From Alphaproteobacteria bacterium (lineage in GTDB: Bacteria; Pseudomonadota; Alphaproteobacteria; JAQWUY01), in NCBI GenBank assembly GCA_965276005.1, contig OZ254962.1, positions 2,890,699 to 2,954,698 of the forward strand: 64,000 nucleotides of DNA. Direction: 5' to 3'. Position 1 is the first letter of the stretch. Every line of letters begins with the position of its first letter. Positions 31,401 through 42,400 of the stretch are shown here, in pieces. Both the position numbers and the translations under genes were made by a program. The notes beneath the pieces were generated by a model, which saw only the letters and a program-made list of their open reading frames with translations, ran no database searches and was not told the DNA's origin.

Positions 31401-33217
31401 TAAAAACAGCATACGCAACAAACTATAAGTTTGACTTTACCAATGCGGCGGCTGATTATGACAACACCAAGTCAATCACCATCACCAAAAAAACCTTAAA
31501 AGTCGGTGCCACATACGCTAACCGTGTATATAATGGTTCGACAGATGTGGTTAATCAAGCAACAGTAACTATTAGCGGCTGGGCGGCGAGTGAAGGTGCA
31601 GGCAAGGGTATTAGCGATGTATTTAACGGCACCTTGACGGCAACAGCAGCCAACAAAGATGTAGGTACCCGTGTTGTAACCTTAGGCGGATTGACGGGTT
31701 TAAAAACAGCATATGCAACAAACTATAAGTTTGACTTTACCAATGCGGCGGCTGATTATGACAACACCAAGTCAATCACCATCACCAAAAAAACCTTAAA
31801 AGTCGGTGCCACATACGCTAACCGTGTATATAATGGTTCGACAGATGTGGTTAATCAAGCAACAGTAACTATTAGCGGCTGGGCGGCGAGTGAAGGTGCA
31901 GGCAAGGGTATTAGCGATGTATTTAACGGCACCTTGACGGCAACAGCAGCCAACAAAGATGTAGGTACCCGTGTTGTAACCTTAGGCGGATTGACGGGTT
32001 TAAAAACGGCATATGCAACAAACTATAAGTTTGACTTTACCAATGCGGCGGCTGATTATGACAACACCAAGTCAATCACCATCACCAAAAGACTTTTAAC
32101 TGTATCGGCAACCCCGACCAATCGTGTATACAATGGCTTAACATCTGTGGCGTTTACTGGTGCAGCTATCACAGGTTGGGTAGGTAACGAGGGTAGCGGT
32201 GTGGCTATATCTCATGCGACCACTGGTAATTTAAGTGCTAATGCTGCCAGTAAAGATGTAGGTACACGGGCTGTTACATTTAGTGGTCTTACCATAAGAA
32301 CTACTGGCAAATACAAAAATTATAGCCTTACTCACGATACCACGAAAACCGTAAATATTACACCAGTAATACTACAACTAGAACCAGACGAATTGGATGT
32401 AACAGAACGCCAATATGACAGTGGTAACAAAAATGCCCCCGTGTATATCAGAACCGGGCAAGACGGATACAGCGGTACTGTGGTAGACCGTGAAACCGTA
32501 ACACTAACTATAACAGACGGAGCATTCGTATACGATGGCGACGATGGCGACCAAGCCGGATCGGGTAAACCTATAATCATAGGCGATCCAAGTAAACTTA
32601 CATTAAGTTCACAAAATTACAAATTACAATACAACAATGCCGATCTGAGTAGCGGGGTTATTAGCGGCTTAACAGGTACTATATTACAAGCAACCGCCAG
32701 CAGCGGCGGTGCTGCAGGCGGAGGCGGCGGTGGTGGTGCAGCCATCGCAGTAGTAGCTGTCGGTGCAGGTGTAGCAGTAGTAGCCGGCGGTATAGGCGGT
32801 GCAGCCGCAGCAGGTGCCGCCGCAGGTGCAGCAGGTGCCGCCGGGGCGGGTGCAGGTGCGGCTGGTGCAGGTGCAGGCGGGGCAAGCGGCGGACTCATCG
32901 CCCCCATCGGCAGCATCGACAACATCTTTACCACCGGCATATACGCCCACCTGAGCGGTATCGACATGCAGGCACTATACCAGCCAACACAAACCCCCGT
33001 GCCATCCGTATTTAAAACACAAAATACATACAAAACCAAATACACCACATCATACGACATGGCACTATTGGCAAACAACATCAAGGCACAAAAGGCGGTA
33101 CCCCTGTACGAATTGGACGAACACCTGTACGAAACCCTTAAAAATATATTTGTACAACAATCCACACCAATGGACAAAACCGCCCGTACAGATACAAAGG
33201 ACAACGACCCTGCATAA
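22480..33217 (+). CDS. Giant filamentous haemagglutinin-like adhesin (TPS domain, 18 FG-GAP repeats, YDG-type repeats); frameshifted at G16 and broken at 29.9-30.8 kb in this assembly
   Basis: True start ATG 22480 (MNCKSIKFGLLAVTSLCAGGTIFA-NNLPQGGVV) shifts frame at G16 into AVIDWHSFSV..LNRVTG..VFLVNPNG. Continues through track ORFs 22529-29914 and 30692-33217. Confidence 0.88.
22609..22624. repeat. G16 tract near the adhesin 5' end (frameshifting)
   Basis: 16 G; G15 or G18 would put the signal peptide in frame. Confidence 0.88.
24130..27682 (+). repeat. 18 tandem FG-GAP/integrin-alpha-like repeats (about 190-215 bp each)
   Basis: 18 copies of FG..VSLS.DGTKLAVGA..DD...GAVYL counted in the translation. 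Confidence 0.93.
28850..32370 (+). repeat. Near-identical 300-bp (100-aa) YDG-type tandem repeats, with a scrambled block at about 29905-30790
   Basis: RVYNGSTDVV..ITITKKTLKV recurs with an exact 300-bp period (29186, 29486, 29786; 30927, 31227, 31527, 31827). Confidence 0.95.
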
Positions 33218-33458
33218 TACCTATTGTGTAAGGCATACATCTATTAAACCAAATGGCATAAAACAGGGAAGTAGATTTTTTTAAGGGCGGGCATAGATAC
33301 CTAATATAAGATGTGTTAACATGTTTGGCATTTTGTTGCAGGAACGCCTGCCCGATGTGCGTCTGATTTGGTTGGTGTAAATCGCCATATTGCAAGATGA
33401 TATTATCACCGTTTAAGGGCAATAATTTTCTATGAAGTTGTTTTTTAAATGATGGGGT

Positions 33459-33785
33459 TTAGTTTACTTTTTTCCATTTGGCAATCTGTTTTCGCAGACT
33501 AGGTTTTTTATATTCTACTTCTCGCATGGTGCATTTGAGTTGGGATTTTTCTTTGCAATTTAAGGTACCACTGTGTAACAGTGTATAACATTTTTTCCAA
33601 AATTCCCATGCCATTTCTGGTGTTTTATCCCAAATGATAAGCCCGCCTTCGGCTTCACTCAGCACCCGCAAACGCCCCACCACATATAAAGGTGTGCGAT
33701 TGCCTTGTACCATGCCATATGGTTGGCGATTTACATCGTTCTGTAAATAGGTCGGTACATCGTTATCTTGGTGCCATGTATCCAT
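33459..33785 (-). CDS. Hypothetical protein, third gene of the par operon
   Basis: 108-aa ORF 10 bp downstream of the preceding gene on the same strand. Confidence 0.55.
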   Translation of the reverse strand: MDTWHQDNDVPTYLQNDVNRQPYGMVQGNRTPLYVVGRLRVLSEAEGGLIIWDKTPEMAWEFWKKCYTLLHSGTLNCKEKSQLKCTMREVEYKKPSLRKQIAKWKKVN

Positions 33786-33794
33786 GTAATATTC

Positions 33795-34115
33795 TTACTC
33801 TTTCATACTGCGTCTAGATGGGTTTAATTTGCGTAAATCTAAAATATCTGCCCCGGCGTCAATTAATAACATGCTTAACAATTCCCGTGAAGACACTTGT
33901 TTTTCCTTTGCCATTTGCAAAAAGCATTCTCTTGTTTCTTCTGGTACATTGCCGATGGTGAACGGTTTTTTAGATTGGTTTTTTACCATATAAATATGGG
34001 TCTCTTCTTCTGTTAGCATTTTTGGCGATCTGGGTATCCTTTTTTTCTGGGATACTTTTTTGCCTTTCTGCTGTGTGTTTTCTCTGCTGTCAAAATCAAT
34101 ACTTGTGCCGACCAT
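33795..34115 (-). CDS. Small ParA partner (probable centromere-binding RHH-type protein)
   Basis: Directly downstream of parA with a GGAGA RBS; basic N-terminus then PFTIGNVPEETRECFLQMAKEKQVSSRELL (strand-helix-helix-like). Confidence 0.55.
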   Translation of the reverse strand: MVGTSIDFDSRENTQQKGKKVSQKKRIPRSPKMLTEEETHIYMVKNQSKKPFTIGNVPEETRECFLQMAKEKQVSSRELLSMLLIDAGADILDLRKLNPSRRSMKE

Positions 34116-34126
34116 TTTATGTCTCC

Positions 34127-34770
34127 CTATTTGTTGTAAAAATGTAAGTGTTTATGCGTTTGCAACACTGCTAAAAATTGTTTTGCTGCTTTTAATGCAC
34201 TTCCCTTAGGCAAGCCGCCGTCTGCCATCTGTTTAAATCCGGTCAGGTATGGACAGCCATACAAAATGTTATACCCGTCGCCTTTTTGTTTTAAGGCATG
34301 AATAATGTGTTTTGCGATTTTGTGTTGGGGGTTATAGCGATTGGCAACCAACACAGTACGGATAAGTTTTTTACACATTTTAGCTGTCCGTTCGATACGC
34401 TGCAAAGTATTTATGACACCGTTTAAGTCATATTGCCCTGTATCAAAAGGCAACACCACCAAGTTTGATACGGACAATACATATTGTGAAAACGCCGTAT
34501 TTATACCTGCTGTATCTATTAAAATGACATCATATTTTTGTAATGCTGCCACCTCGATAGCATTGTCTAGCCCTTTTTCATCGCTGGCACTGCCCTGCTG
34601 GATATTGGCTACACGGGTATTTTCTGCTCACAGCAGAGCGTTTTTTGTGGGTCTGTATCACAAATAAGCACTTTGGCACTGTCATTTGCCATAAGCCCCG
34701 CCAACACCGTAAGTAAAGTGGTTTTGCCTACCCCGCCTTTTTCTTGCACAAAAGATATAATTTGCGTCAT
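34127..34770 (-). pseudogene. parA: ParA family partition ATPase, inactivated
   Basis: MTQIISFVQEKGGVGKTT..VLICDTDPQ, then a frameshift at the A6 run (34641-46) plus TGA at the conserved Trp position; resumes YDVILIDTAG..NLVVLP. Confidence 0.88.
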
Positions 34771-34794
34771 ACAGTATTCCTTTCTAAATACTTA

Positions 34795-34962
34795 AACAGT
34801 ATACATGTAACATCTGCCTATGTGTGTAGTATACATGTGGAAATTAAACATGTCAACACTAAATATGTGCAAACTATACATAAAATTATTGTATTTGTAT
34901 CTATTAAGTATATAAACAGTATATATATGTAATATAATGATAAAAACAGTAAACATGTACAT
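34795..34962. repeat. AT-rich repeats upstream of parA (candidate parS/operator)
   Basis: AAACAGTATACATGT, TAGTATACATGT, AAACAGTATATATATGT, AAACAGTAAACATGT. Confidence 0.5.
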
Positions 34963-34997
34963 GGTATTTAAAAACAACAATAACACTCAAAATAATA

Positions 34998-35047
34998 AGA
35001 TAAAGATTTTTATAACCCATTGCCCCGATAAGCGGGGCAAAGAAAGT
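34998..35047 (+). promoter_or_regulatory. Conserved upstream element copy 1
   Basis: AGATAA..TTTT..TTGCCCCG-ATAAG-CGGGGCAA-AGAAAGT. Confidence 0.8.
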
Positions 35048-35078
35048 AATCCATTATGTACTATTGAGGAGAATACCT

Positions 35079-35387
35079 ATGGACATTTCAAAAATTATTG
35101 AACATTTTATCCCTTCCATTAACCATAATTATACATTTGTAACACCTGTTCCTACAGTTATCAATATGGTGTCTGGCATGAACGGCTATATTTTTAGTAT
35201 TTCGTTTGGTCAGGACAGTGCCACCATTTACTATGCCCACAATCTGGCGGATATGGATGGCAAACGCATTGAGACTTATGAAACGGTGCTGTTTGCATCA
35301 AATAAAAATGAAACAGCCGAACAGATCGCCGAACGGATTTCCGATAAACTTGACCATATGAACATTAGTTTAATCCCATCTCAATAA
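35079..35387 (+). CDS. Hypothetical protein
   Basis: GAGGAGA RBS before ATG 35079. Confidence 0.65.
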   Translation: MDISKIIEHFIPSINHNYTFVTPVPTVINMVSGMNGYIFSISFGQDSATIYYAHNLADMDGKRIETYETVLFASNKNETAEQIAERISDKLDHMNISLIPSQ

Positions 35388-35401
35388 GGAGGAATACCAT
35401 T

Positions 35402-37105
35402 ATGAAAACATTTACAGCAAAAGTATCTGGCGATATGATTGCCAAAGCAACCCGCTTGTTTAATGCGACTATCGATCAAATTTTAACCGAATTGTTGCAA
35501 AACGCCCGCCGGGCAGGGGCGACAGTGATTGACCTCTCCTGTGTCCGCCGTCAAGATAGTAAGAACATGTTAGATTTTTGTATAATAGACAATGGCATAG
35601 GGTGTCAACATCCTGAGGATATGTTTCACTTGGGAAAGTCCGCATGGAACACAGATATTACGACCACAGAAGACCCGGCGGGTATGGGGGTGTTTTGCCT
35701 AGCAGGGTGTGAGGACATTAAAATTGTATCAAGAACTGCTGCTGCCGAAGCGTGGACAGTGTACCTAGAAAATGCCCATTTTAACGGTAAAGCGGATATT
35801 AAACCGTTGCCTAGTGATATGCAACAACAAGGCACAGAGATTTATTTTAGCAAAATGAGTAATGATGCCCATAACATACATACGATTATCGAAAGTGCCT
35901 GCCGATATTTGCCTGTTAAGGTTATACTAAACGGCACCGCCATACAACAACAAGACTTTTTACATGATGCCCTATATGTGCAAGAATATAAGGGTATTAG
36001 GTATGCTGTATGCCCAAAGCAATATGCGAGTATCTTAAAACCCACACCCAGTATTAACTTTTATGGTCATGGATTGTGTGAGGATATACTGCCTTGCTTA
36101 AAAACCGATGCTGGAAAGTTATGTGTTAAAATCGATGTACAGCATACAAATGGTTTAGAGTTGGTATTGCCACAACGCAATGAAGTGGTGCATAATGAAA
36201 AGTTTGATGCAGTGTGTGCATATGCCTATAAGGTGCTTTATGGGTATGTTGCAGACAATAATATATCGCACAATTTGCCTTATAAGGTGTACCAACATGC
36301 ACAATCATTTGGATACGATATTGGTGAGGCTAAGCCAAAACTGCGTGCTGTGTGTGGTATGATAGATAGCGGTGCTGTTAAAACCGATATTACCGATACA
36401 GTCTGCTTTTTGTCAGAGAACATGATACAAAAATGGCATGATAGCCATCATGATTTTATGGCATCATGGGTCAGTGGCGGTGATACCGATACCGTGTTCG
36501 TTGAACCAGATACAGAATATGCAGGGTATAGTTGGTACAATACTATTGCTACTGTTATCGATGTGATGCTGTGGTGTAATGGTAAACCTTACAGCAGACA
36601 AAACGATTCACGACAGAACAACCAAGTAGGTTGGAAAGTGTCAGATATACATATCGAATTAAAGTTAAGCAATGGCAAGACCGTTAAACGACCGATTGGT
36701 ATGTTTGTATCTGGTTGTCCCGGATTAGCACTTGCATCTGTACAACAATTATGGATCGATCCAAATAAAATATGTCTTGATAGTATTATTGCTATCTTTA
36801 AACAGTACATGTTTGACTATTATGGGTCTGACGATTCGTTTGAAGAATCTTGGAAATATTTTAAGACAGAAGTTATGGAACAGGCTATCAATATTGCATT
36901 TCAAGATAACCGTATGCTGTTGATTGAAGAAATCATACATCAATCCGGGCTAGGGTATTATTTACGGACGGGCGAATCATATACCATCACCAAGAATACC
37001 CAGTGGCAGGCAAAGGTTACACCCAATTTTGACCTATGGTTTTGGATTAGGCATGTGTGTAGCCGTCTGTATAACCGCATTAAGATAAAGCCAAGCACTA
37101 CATAA
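35402..37105 (+). CDS. GHKL/HATPase-domain protein of alphaproteobacterial plasmid backbones
   Basis: LTELLQNARRAGA, IIDNGIG and EDPAGMGVFCLA Bergerat-fold motifs. Confidence 0.85.
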   Translation: MKTFTAKVSGDMIAKATRLFNATIDQILTELLQNARRAGATVIDLSCVRRQDSKNMLDFCIIDNGIGCQHPEDMFHLGKSAWNTDITTTEDPAGMGVFCLAGCEDIKIVSRTAAAEAWTVYLENAHFNGKADIKPLPSDMQQQGTEIYFSKMSNDAHNIHTIIESACRYLPVKVILNGTAIQQQDFLHDALYVQEYKGIRYAVCPKQYASILKPTPSINFYGHGLCEDILPCLKTDAGKLCVKIDVQHTNGLELVLPQRNEVVHNEKFDAVCAYAYKVLYGYVADNNISHNLPYKVYQHAQSFGYDIGEAKPKLRAVCGMIDSGAVKTDITDTVCFLSENMIQKWHDSHHDFMASWVSGGDTDTVFVEPDTEYAGYSWYNTIATVIDVMLWCNGKPYSRQNDSRQNNQVGWKVSDIHIELKLSNGKTVKRPIGMFVSGCPGLALASVQQLWIDPNKICLDSIIAIFKQYMFDYYGSDDSFEESWKYFKTEVMEQAINIAFQDNRMLLIEEIIHQSGLGYYLRTGESYTITKNTQWQAKVTPNFDLWFWIRHVCSRLYNRIKIKPSTT

Positions 37106-37112
37106 CATACAC

Positions 37113-37137
37113 GGGGGATACATGCCCCCATTTTTTT
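37113..37137 (+). terminator. Intrinsic terminator
   Basis: ggggg-atacatg-ccccc-atttttttt. Confidence 0.6.
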
Positions 37138-37144
37138 ACCCAAT

Positions 37145-37194
37145 AGATAAAATTTTTTCATATATATGCCCCCGTAAGGGGGGCAAAAGAAAGT
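37145..37194 (+). promoter_or_regulatory. Conserved upstream element copy 2
   Basis: AGATAA..TTTT..TGCCCCC-GTAAG-GGGGGCA-AAAGAAAGT. Confidence 0.8.
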
Positions 37195-37225
37195 ATTTAT
37201 TTTTTGACAACGAGGAGATACCAAA

Positions 37226-39265
37226 ATGAAATTTAAACACCTTACTTTAGATGCGTTGGTTGCATCAGATTTAAATGTGCGGAAATCGCAGGACGACGCA
37301 CAACGCTTTAACGAATTGACAGCGTCTATTGCCCACTATGGGGTACAAACCCCGTTGCATATTATCGCTGGGGAAAATAGCACCTATGAAGTGGTCGCCG
37401 GCGGTCGCCGTTTACGGGCATTGCAAGCCCTAGCAAAGGACAGTGTCATCGACAGTGCCACATACCAAGTCCCTTGTATGGAAATAGACAAAAGCCACGC
37501 ACAGGAAGTGTCGCTGGTGGAGAATATGATCCGTGTGAACATGCACCCTGCTGCAGAATATCGGGCGTTTGCCGAATTATTTAGAAACGGCAAAACCAAT
37601 ACAGAAATTGCCAAAATATTTGGTATGAGTGCTAGGGTGGTCAAACAACGCCTAGCTCTTGGTAATTTACACCCTGATGTGCTTATCGCATATGAAAATG
37701 GCGACATCGATGGGGCGTGTGCGAAAGCGTTTACTATGGTAAAATCGCAGCAACAGCAACTAGAGATTCTGTGCGAACATGATGGCAAGCCACATGGCGA
37801 TCATGTGCGTTATTACATTACCAAAACATCTGATGAAGTGTGTATAAAAGGCGACCACAAAGTTACATTTATCGGCTACCAAGCATACCTTGATGCAGGG
37901 GGGCAGGTGATTGAAAATCTGTTTGACGATAATAAAACCCTGTTGGTCGATGGACATATTGTGCAAAAGTTAATTGCCGATCGCCACCAACACATCATCG
38001 ATATGTTAAAACTGCGATTTGAATTTGTCGACATACAGCAGGGACACCCTAATACCAGCAATTATAACAGCATTTACCCCACAGATGCAGATAACCTCGA
38101 CATACCCGCCATGTTCCTTGATGTGTTTCAGGAACTTTGTAACAAGTACGATAGCGGCAATTTATCTTACTGGGAACGGCAGTATTTTAATATGATTAGA
38201 GCCTGTTCTCAGGTGTATGATAAGCCGTGTGGTGCCATCGTATGTATCGGTCCATATGACCCCACCGAAGTAACTGTACAAGGGGGCATGATAGCAAAAA
38301 CTAAGCCCGGTACAGACGATATTAGCGTGCATATGCCCACATCGGCACCGCCTGTAAATCTAAACCTATCGGAAAAGTTAAAACAGGATTTAGATTGGTG
38401 GCAACAGCAAATTATACAAGGCACCGCATCAGTTCATCCTATGCTAGCCTTCGACATATTGGTATTTGAAAAAGTCGATACCATGCTTGCAGCGGGACAT
38501 TACACCCCCCGTTATACTGGGGTAGATTTTGACCATCGGGCAACTCGCTTAGATGTGGGCAGCGATATAACTGTATCGCCCAAATGGGACGATGACATCG
38601 CTTCATTTCCTACCACGCTAAATACCAGCTGGTACATCGAGGGCGATATTGCTACCAGTATGGACAATCTGCAAAGTGTGCCCTTGCAGGATAAGGTGGC
38701 AATTATTGGCTATTTTGTCGGCAGGGTGGTACAGCCGTATGCCCCTGCACAATATCTGTGCCATCAGGTAGGCGTGGGCGTGCGGTCGTGGTGGCAGCCA
38801 ACCTATGACAATTACTTTAAACGGTTGCCAATGGGGGTTTTACAAAACCTAGCGTCTGATATTATTGGGGCTGAGTGGGTACAACAAAACCCCGGCATTA
38901 AGAAAAAAGATATTGCCGAAACACTGGCGGGCGTCTGTAAAGGTTTGGGGGATTTTCCTGCGGATGTATTAGAACGGGGTAAAGCCTTTGTGCCAGAACA
39001 AATGCGGCTACAATCGCCACAAAAACCTGATACAGACCCATTGGAACCCATCGACCAACATGGGGTAGATGAATGTGATACCGATGGTGAAACGGCACAA
39101 AAACCTGTGGGGAAAACCCCTATTGCTGGTGTCGACACCCTTGCGGATTTAAACGCATTGCCCAATGTAGAAGTGGTTGTCGCATCCGTTATACCTGAAA
39201 AGCCCACAGAAAATACAAATGCAGATACACAAGCGTTACCTGCATTTTTAACAGGTACAGCATAA
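37226..39265 (+). CDS. Long ParB/RepB/Spo0J-family protein (leading-region type)
   Basis: LNVRK..ELTASIAHYGVQTPL..YEVVAGGRRLRAL..EVSLVENMIRVNMHPAAE..VKQRLALGNLHP; C-terminal WWQPT..NYFKRL. Confidence 0.92.
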   Translation: MKFKHLTLDALVASDLNVRKSQDDAQRFNELTASIAHYGVQTPLHIIAGENSTYEVVAGGRRLRALQALAKDSVIDSATYQVPCMEIDKSHAQEVSLVENMIRVNMHPAAEYRAFAELFRNGKTNTEIAKIFGMSARVVKQRLALGNLHPDVLIAYENGDIDGACAKAFTMVKSQQQQLEILCEHDGKPHGDHVRYYITKTSDEVCIKGDHKVTFIGYQAYLDAGGQVIENLFDDNKTLLVDGHIVQKLIADRHQHIIDMLKLRFEFVDIQQGHPNTSNYNSIYPTDADNLDIPAMFLDVFQELCNKYDSGNLSYWERQYFNMIRACSQVYDKPCGAIVCIGPYDPTEVTVQGGMIAKTKPGTDDISVHMPTSAPPVNLNLSEKLKQDLDWWQQQIIQGTASVHPMLAFDILVFEKVDTMLAAGHYTPRYTGVDFDHRATRLDVGSDITVSPKWDDDIASFPTTLNTSWYIEGDIATSMDNLQSVPLQDKVAIIGYFVGRVVQPYAPAQYLCHQVGVGVRSWWQPTYDNYFKRLPMGVLQNLASDIIGAEWVQQNPGIKKKDIAETLAGVCKGLGDFPADVLERGKAFVPEQMRLQSPQKPDTDPLEPIDQHGVDECDTDGETAQKPVGKTPIAGVDTLADLNALPNVEVVVASVIPEKPTENTNADTQALPAFLTGTA

Positions 39266-39334
39266 TTCTAATATACTTTCTTTCAAAAAATACTGGGGGG
39301 CGTTGCCCCCTCTTTTTTCAAGTAATGATTTTCA

Positions 39335-39383
39335 AGATAAGCATTTTTGCAAACATTGCCCCGATAAGCGGGGCAAAGAAAGT
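39335..39383 (+). promoter_or_regulatory. Conserved upstream element copy 3
   Basis: AGATAAGCATTTT..TTGCCCCG-ATAAG-CGGGGCAA-AGAAAGT, preceded by a terminator at 39295-39318. Confidence 0.8.
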
Positions 39384-39407
39384 GTAACAGAAATATAGGA
39401 GAAACCC

Positions 39408-42400
39408 ATGAACACTGAAACAAATACAGCACAACAAGTGCATACAAAAATCACCGCTACTATCGACGATATTTGCGTGCATTTAAGTCAGGGGCATAGT
39501 TTAACTGCCCATATTAACCGTATTATGACCGCTCATTTTGGTTCTGATGCTAACGGCAATTGGGATCGGCGGATGGCATACGATATGTGTGAAACTGCCA
39601 TCAGCCGTTTTATACATCAGTACGGTCGGGCTATTTTAAGCCAAAAAGACCCCGCAACTATTTTGGGTATGTTGCAAAAAGTACAACATCTTATGCCCAC
39701 CGAAACCGTACGGTCGGAAAATCAAGTAAAACTGCAACAATTTTCTACCCCTATCACTGTAGGATATTTGGTGTATTTGGCATCGGGATTACAAACGGGG
39801 GACACCGTCATCGAACCGTCTGCTGGTACGGGTATGTTGGCGTGTTTTGCCCGTGCTATGGGCAATAGTGTTGTGGTCAATGAAATCGATGATTTTCGCT
39901 TTTCTTGTTTAAAAACTGTTTACGATAATGTATTGCAACTGGATGCCAAATACCTAGCCGATTTATTGCCAGAACAGCGGGCAGATGTGATTGTCATGAA
40001 TCCCCCGTTTGCCGGCGATAACGATGGCAAATCCACCCACACCATGAACCTACATATAACCAATGCGGTAAACATGTTAAAGCCCAACGGGCGGCTAGTG
40101 TTAATCACAGGCGACAATTTTTCCAACAGTAACAACCGATATACAACCGTGTTTAACACATTAGACAGCAGAGGGAGCGTAGTATTTACAGGCGGACTAC
40201 CACACTATGCGTTTGCTAAAACAGGTACAAGTTTTGATACCCGTATGACTGTATTCGATAAGGGCGTATTTGGGGTAGAAAAGAATGTCTACCATAATCC
40301 AGAGGGTACCTATGCGGATATGGCGGTGTATATCCAAACTGGTATCCCTGCCCGGACGGTGCCAACAACACTGCTATCAACGCCGCCACAAGTAGGCGAC
40401 CTGTTTAGTCAAGCGGTGCATGCCCCCGTTGCAAAGCCGGTGCAGAAAGCCAACAAAGCATTTGTACAAAAAATGCCGACAATGGGGAAAAATGATGTAG
40501 TAGAAGTCGCCTATAGCAATAGTAGCCTGCCAAAATTCCTCGATGAAACCGTTGGTATGTATCAAAATTATGAACCGCAAGTGTTACAGATTACGGACGC
40601 CAAAGCCCACCCCAGCGAATTGGTACAATCTATGGCAATGGCATCGATTGCACCGCCTGCATGTGCTTATAAACCCAAAACCTATGCCCATGTTATCAGC
40701 GAAGGTATTTTAAGTGCAGCACAGCTAGAAACCGTCATTTATGCGGGCGAACAGCACAGCAAATACATTAACGGCTTACGAAAGGTCGACGATACCAACA
40801 TAGTATTTTTAACAGATGCCCATGACCAAGACGGGGTGAAATACCGCAAAGGATATTTTCTGGGCGATGGCACAGGCTGTGGCAAGGGGCGGCAAGTAGC
40901 GGGCATTATCCTTGATAATTTCTTAAACGGTCGCACAAAAGCCCTTTGGGTATCGAAATCAGATAAATTGTACGAGGATGCTATTCGGGATTGGACGGCT
41001 GTCGGTGGACATAAAACACAGGTGTTTCACCTAAATAAAATCAAGGCCAATGCTAGCATTCCCCACGATAGCGGTATACTGTTTACCACCTATGCCACTT
41101 TACGGGGCGGAGAAACAGAAACCCGCCGCTCTCGTTTAGCCCAAATTATCGAATGGGTCGGCAAAGATTTTGACGGGGTGGTTGTGTTTGACGAAAGCCA
41201 CGCCCTAGCCAATGCCTTGTCTAGCCAAAGCGATCGGGGTGTAAAGAAAGCATCAGCACAAGGTACCGCCGGCTTAAAACTACAAAACCAATTGCCAGAA
41301 GCACGGTTTGTGTATGTATCTGCCACCGGTGCCACCAGTGTTGCCAACTTGGCATATGCGGATCGGTTGGGACTGTGGGCAAGCGAAGACTTTCCATTTG
41401 CCAACCCATCAGACTTTGCCCATAAGATGAGTAAGGGCGGGGTAGCGGCTATGGAAGTCATCAGCCGTGATTTAAAAGCACTGGGATTGTACACCGCCCG
41501 TTCACTGTCGTATGCGGGTGTGGAAGTGGATGTATTAAAGCATGATTTAACCGAACAGCAAATCAGTATATACGATACATATGCGGACGCATATAAACAG
41601 ATCCACAATCATTTGGAACAAGCTCTTTGCGAGACCAAAATCATTGTCGGCAATGCCACCGCCAACAAAAACGCCAAAGCAGCGGCAAAATCCGCATTCG
41701 AGAGCAACAAGCAACGGTTCTTTAATCAAATTTTAACAGCAATGAAATGCCCCAGCTTGTTTAAGGCTATCGATGCAGATTTAGAAAATGATAAATCTGT
41801 TGTTATCCAAATTGTAACCACCGGCGGTGCCATACTGGATAGACGGTTGCAACAGATACCAAAATCCGAATGGAACGATCTGCAAATAGACTTAACGCCC
41901 CGGGAATACATGGTCGATTATTTGCAAAACGCCTTTCCGACCAGAGCCATGAAAACCATTGTCGATGAACACGGCAACACCACAAGCGAACCGATGTGCG
42001 ATGCACAGGGCAATCCCGTATTCTGCCAAGAAGCTGTTGCCTTGCGGGATAGCATGCTGCATATGGTGTACAGCTTACCGCCACTGGAGGGGGCATTAGA
42101 CCAAATTATCAAACGCTATGGACACGAAACTGTAGCCGAAGTAACAGGACGGGGTAAACGGGTTGTTATCAACAAGGCAGGCAATTTGTGTGTACAGAAT
42201 CGCCCGACATCGGCAAATATTAACGAAACCAATGCGTTTATGGACGGCGACAAACGCATTCTCATATTCAGCGATGCCGGCGGCACAGGACGGTCGTACC
42301 ATGCAGATGTAAACTGTAAAAATCAGCAGCAACGCATACATTATCTGCTGGAGCCGGGTTGGCGTGCGGATAATGCAGTGCAAGGGCTAGGGCGAACGAA

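Noticed and set aside
24130-32370. Long tandem repeats as a CRISPR array or DGR template/variable repeats
   Set aside because: Repeats are in-frame coding units of about 200 and 300 bp with no unique spacers. No cas gene or reverse transcriptase is in the window, and the variation is not evidently adenine-specific.
34620-34650. TGA at a conserved Trp position in parA as evidence for genetic code 4
   Set aside because: A frameshift lies right beside it, other genes end at TGA, and core genes use TGG for Trp.
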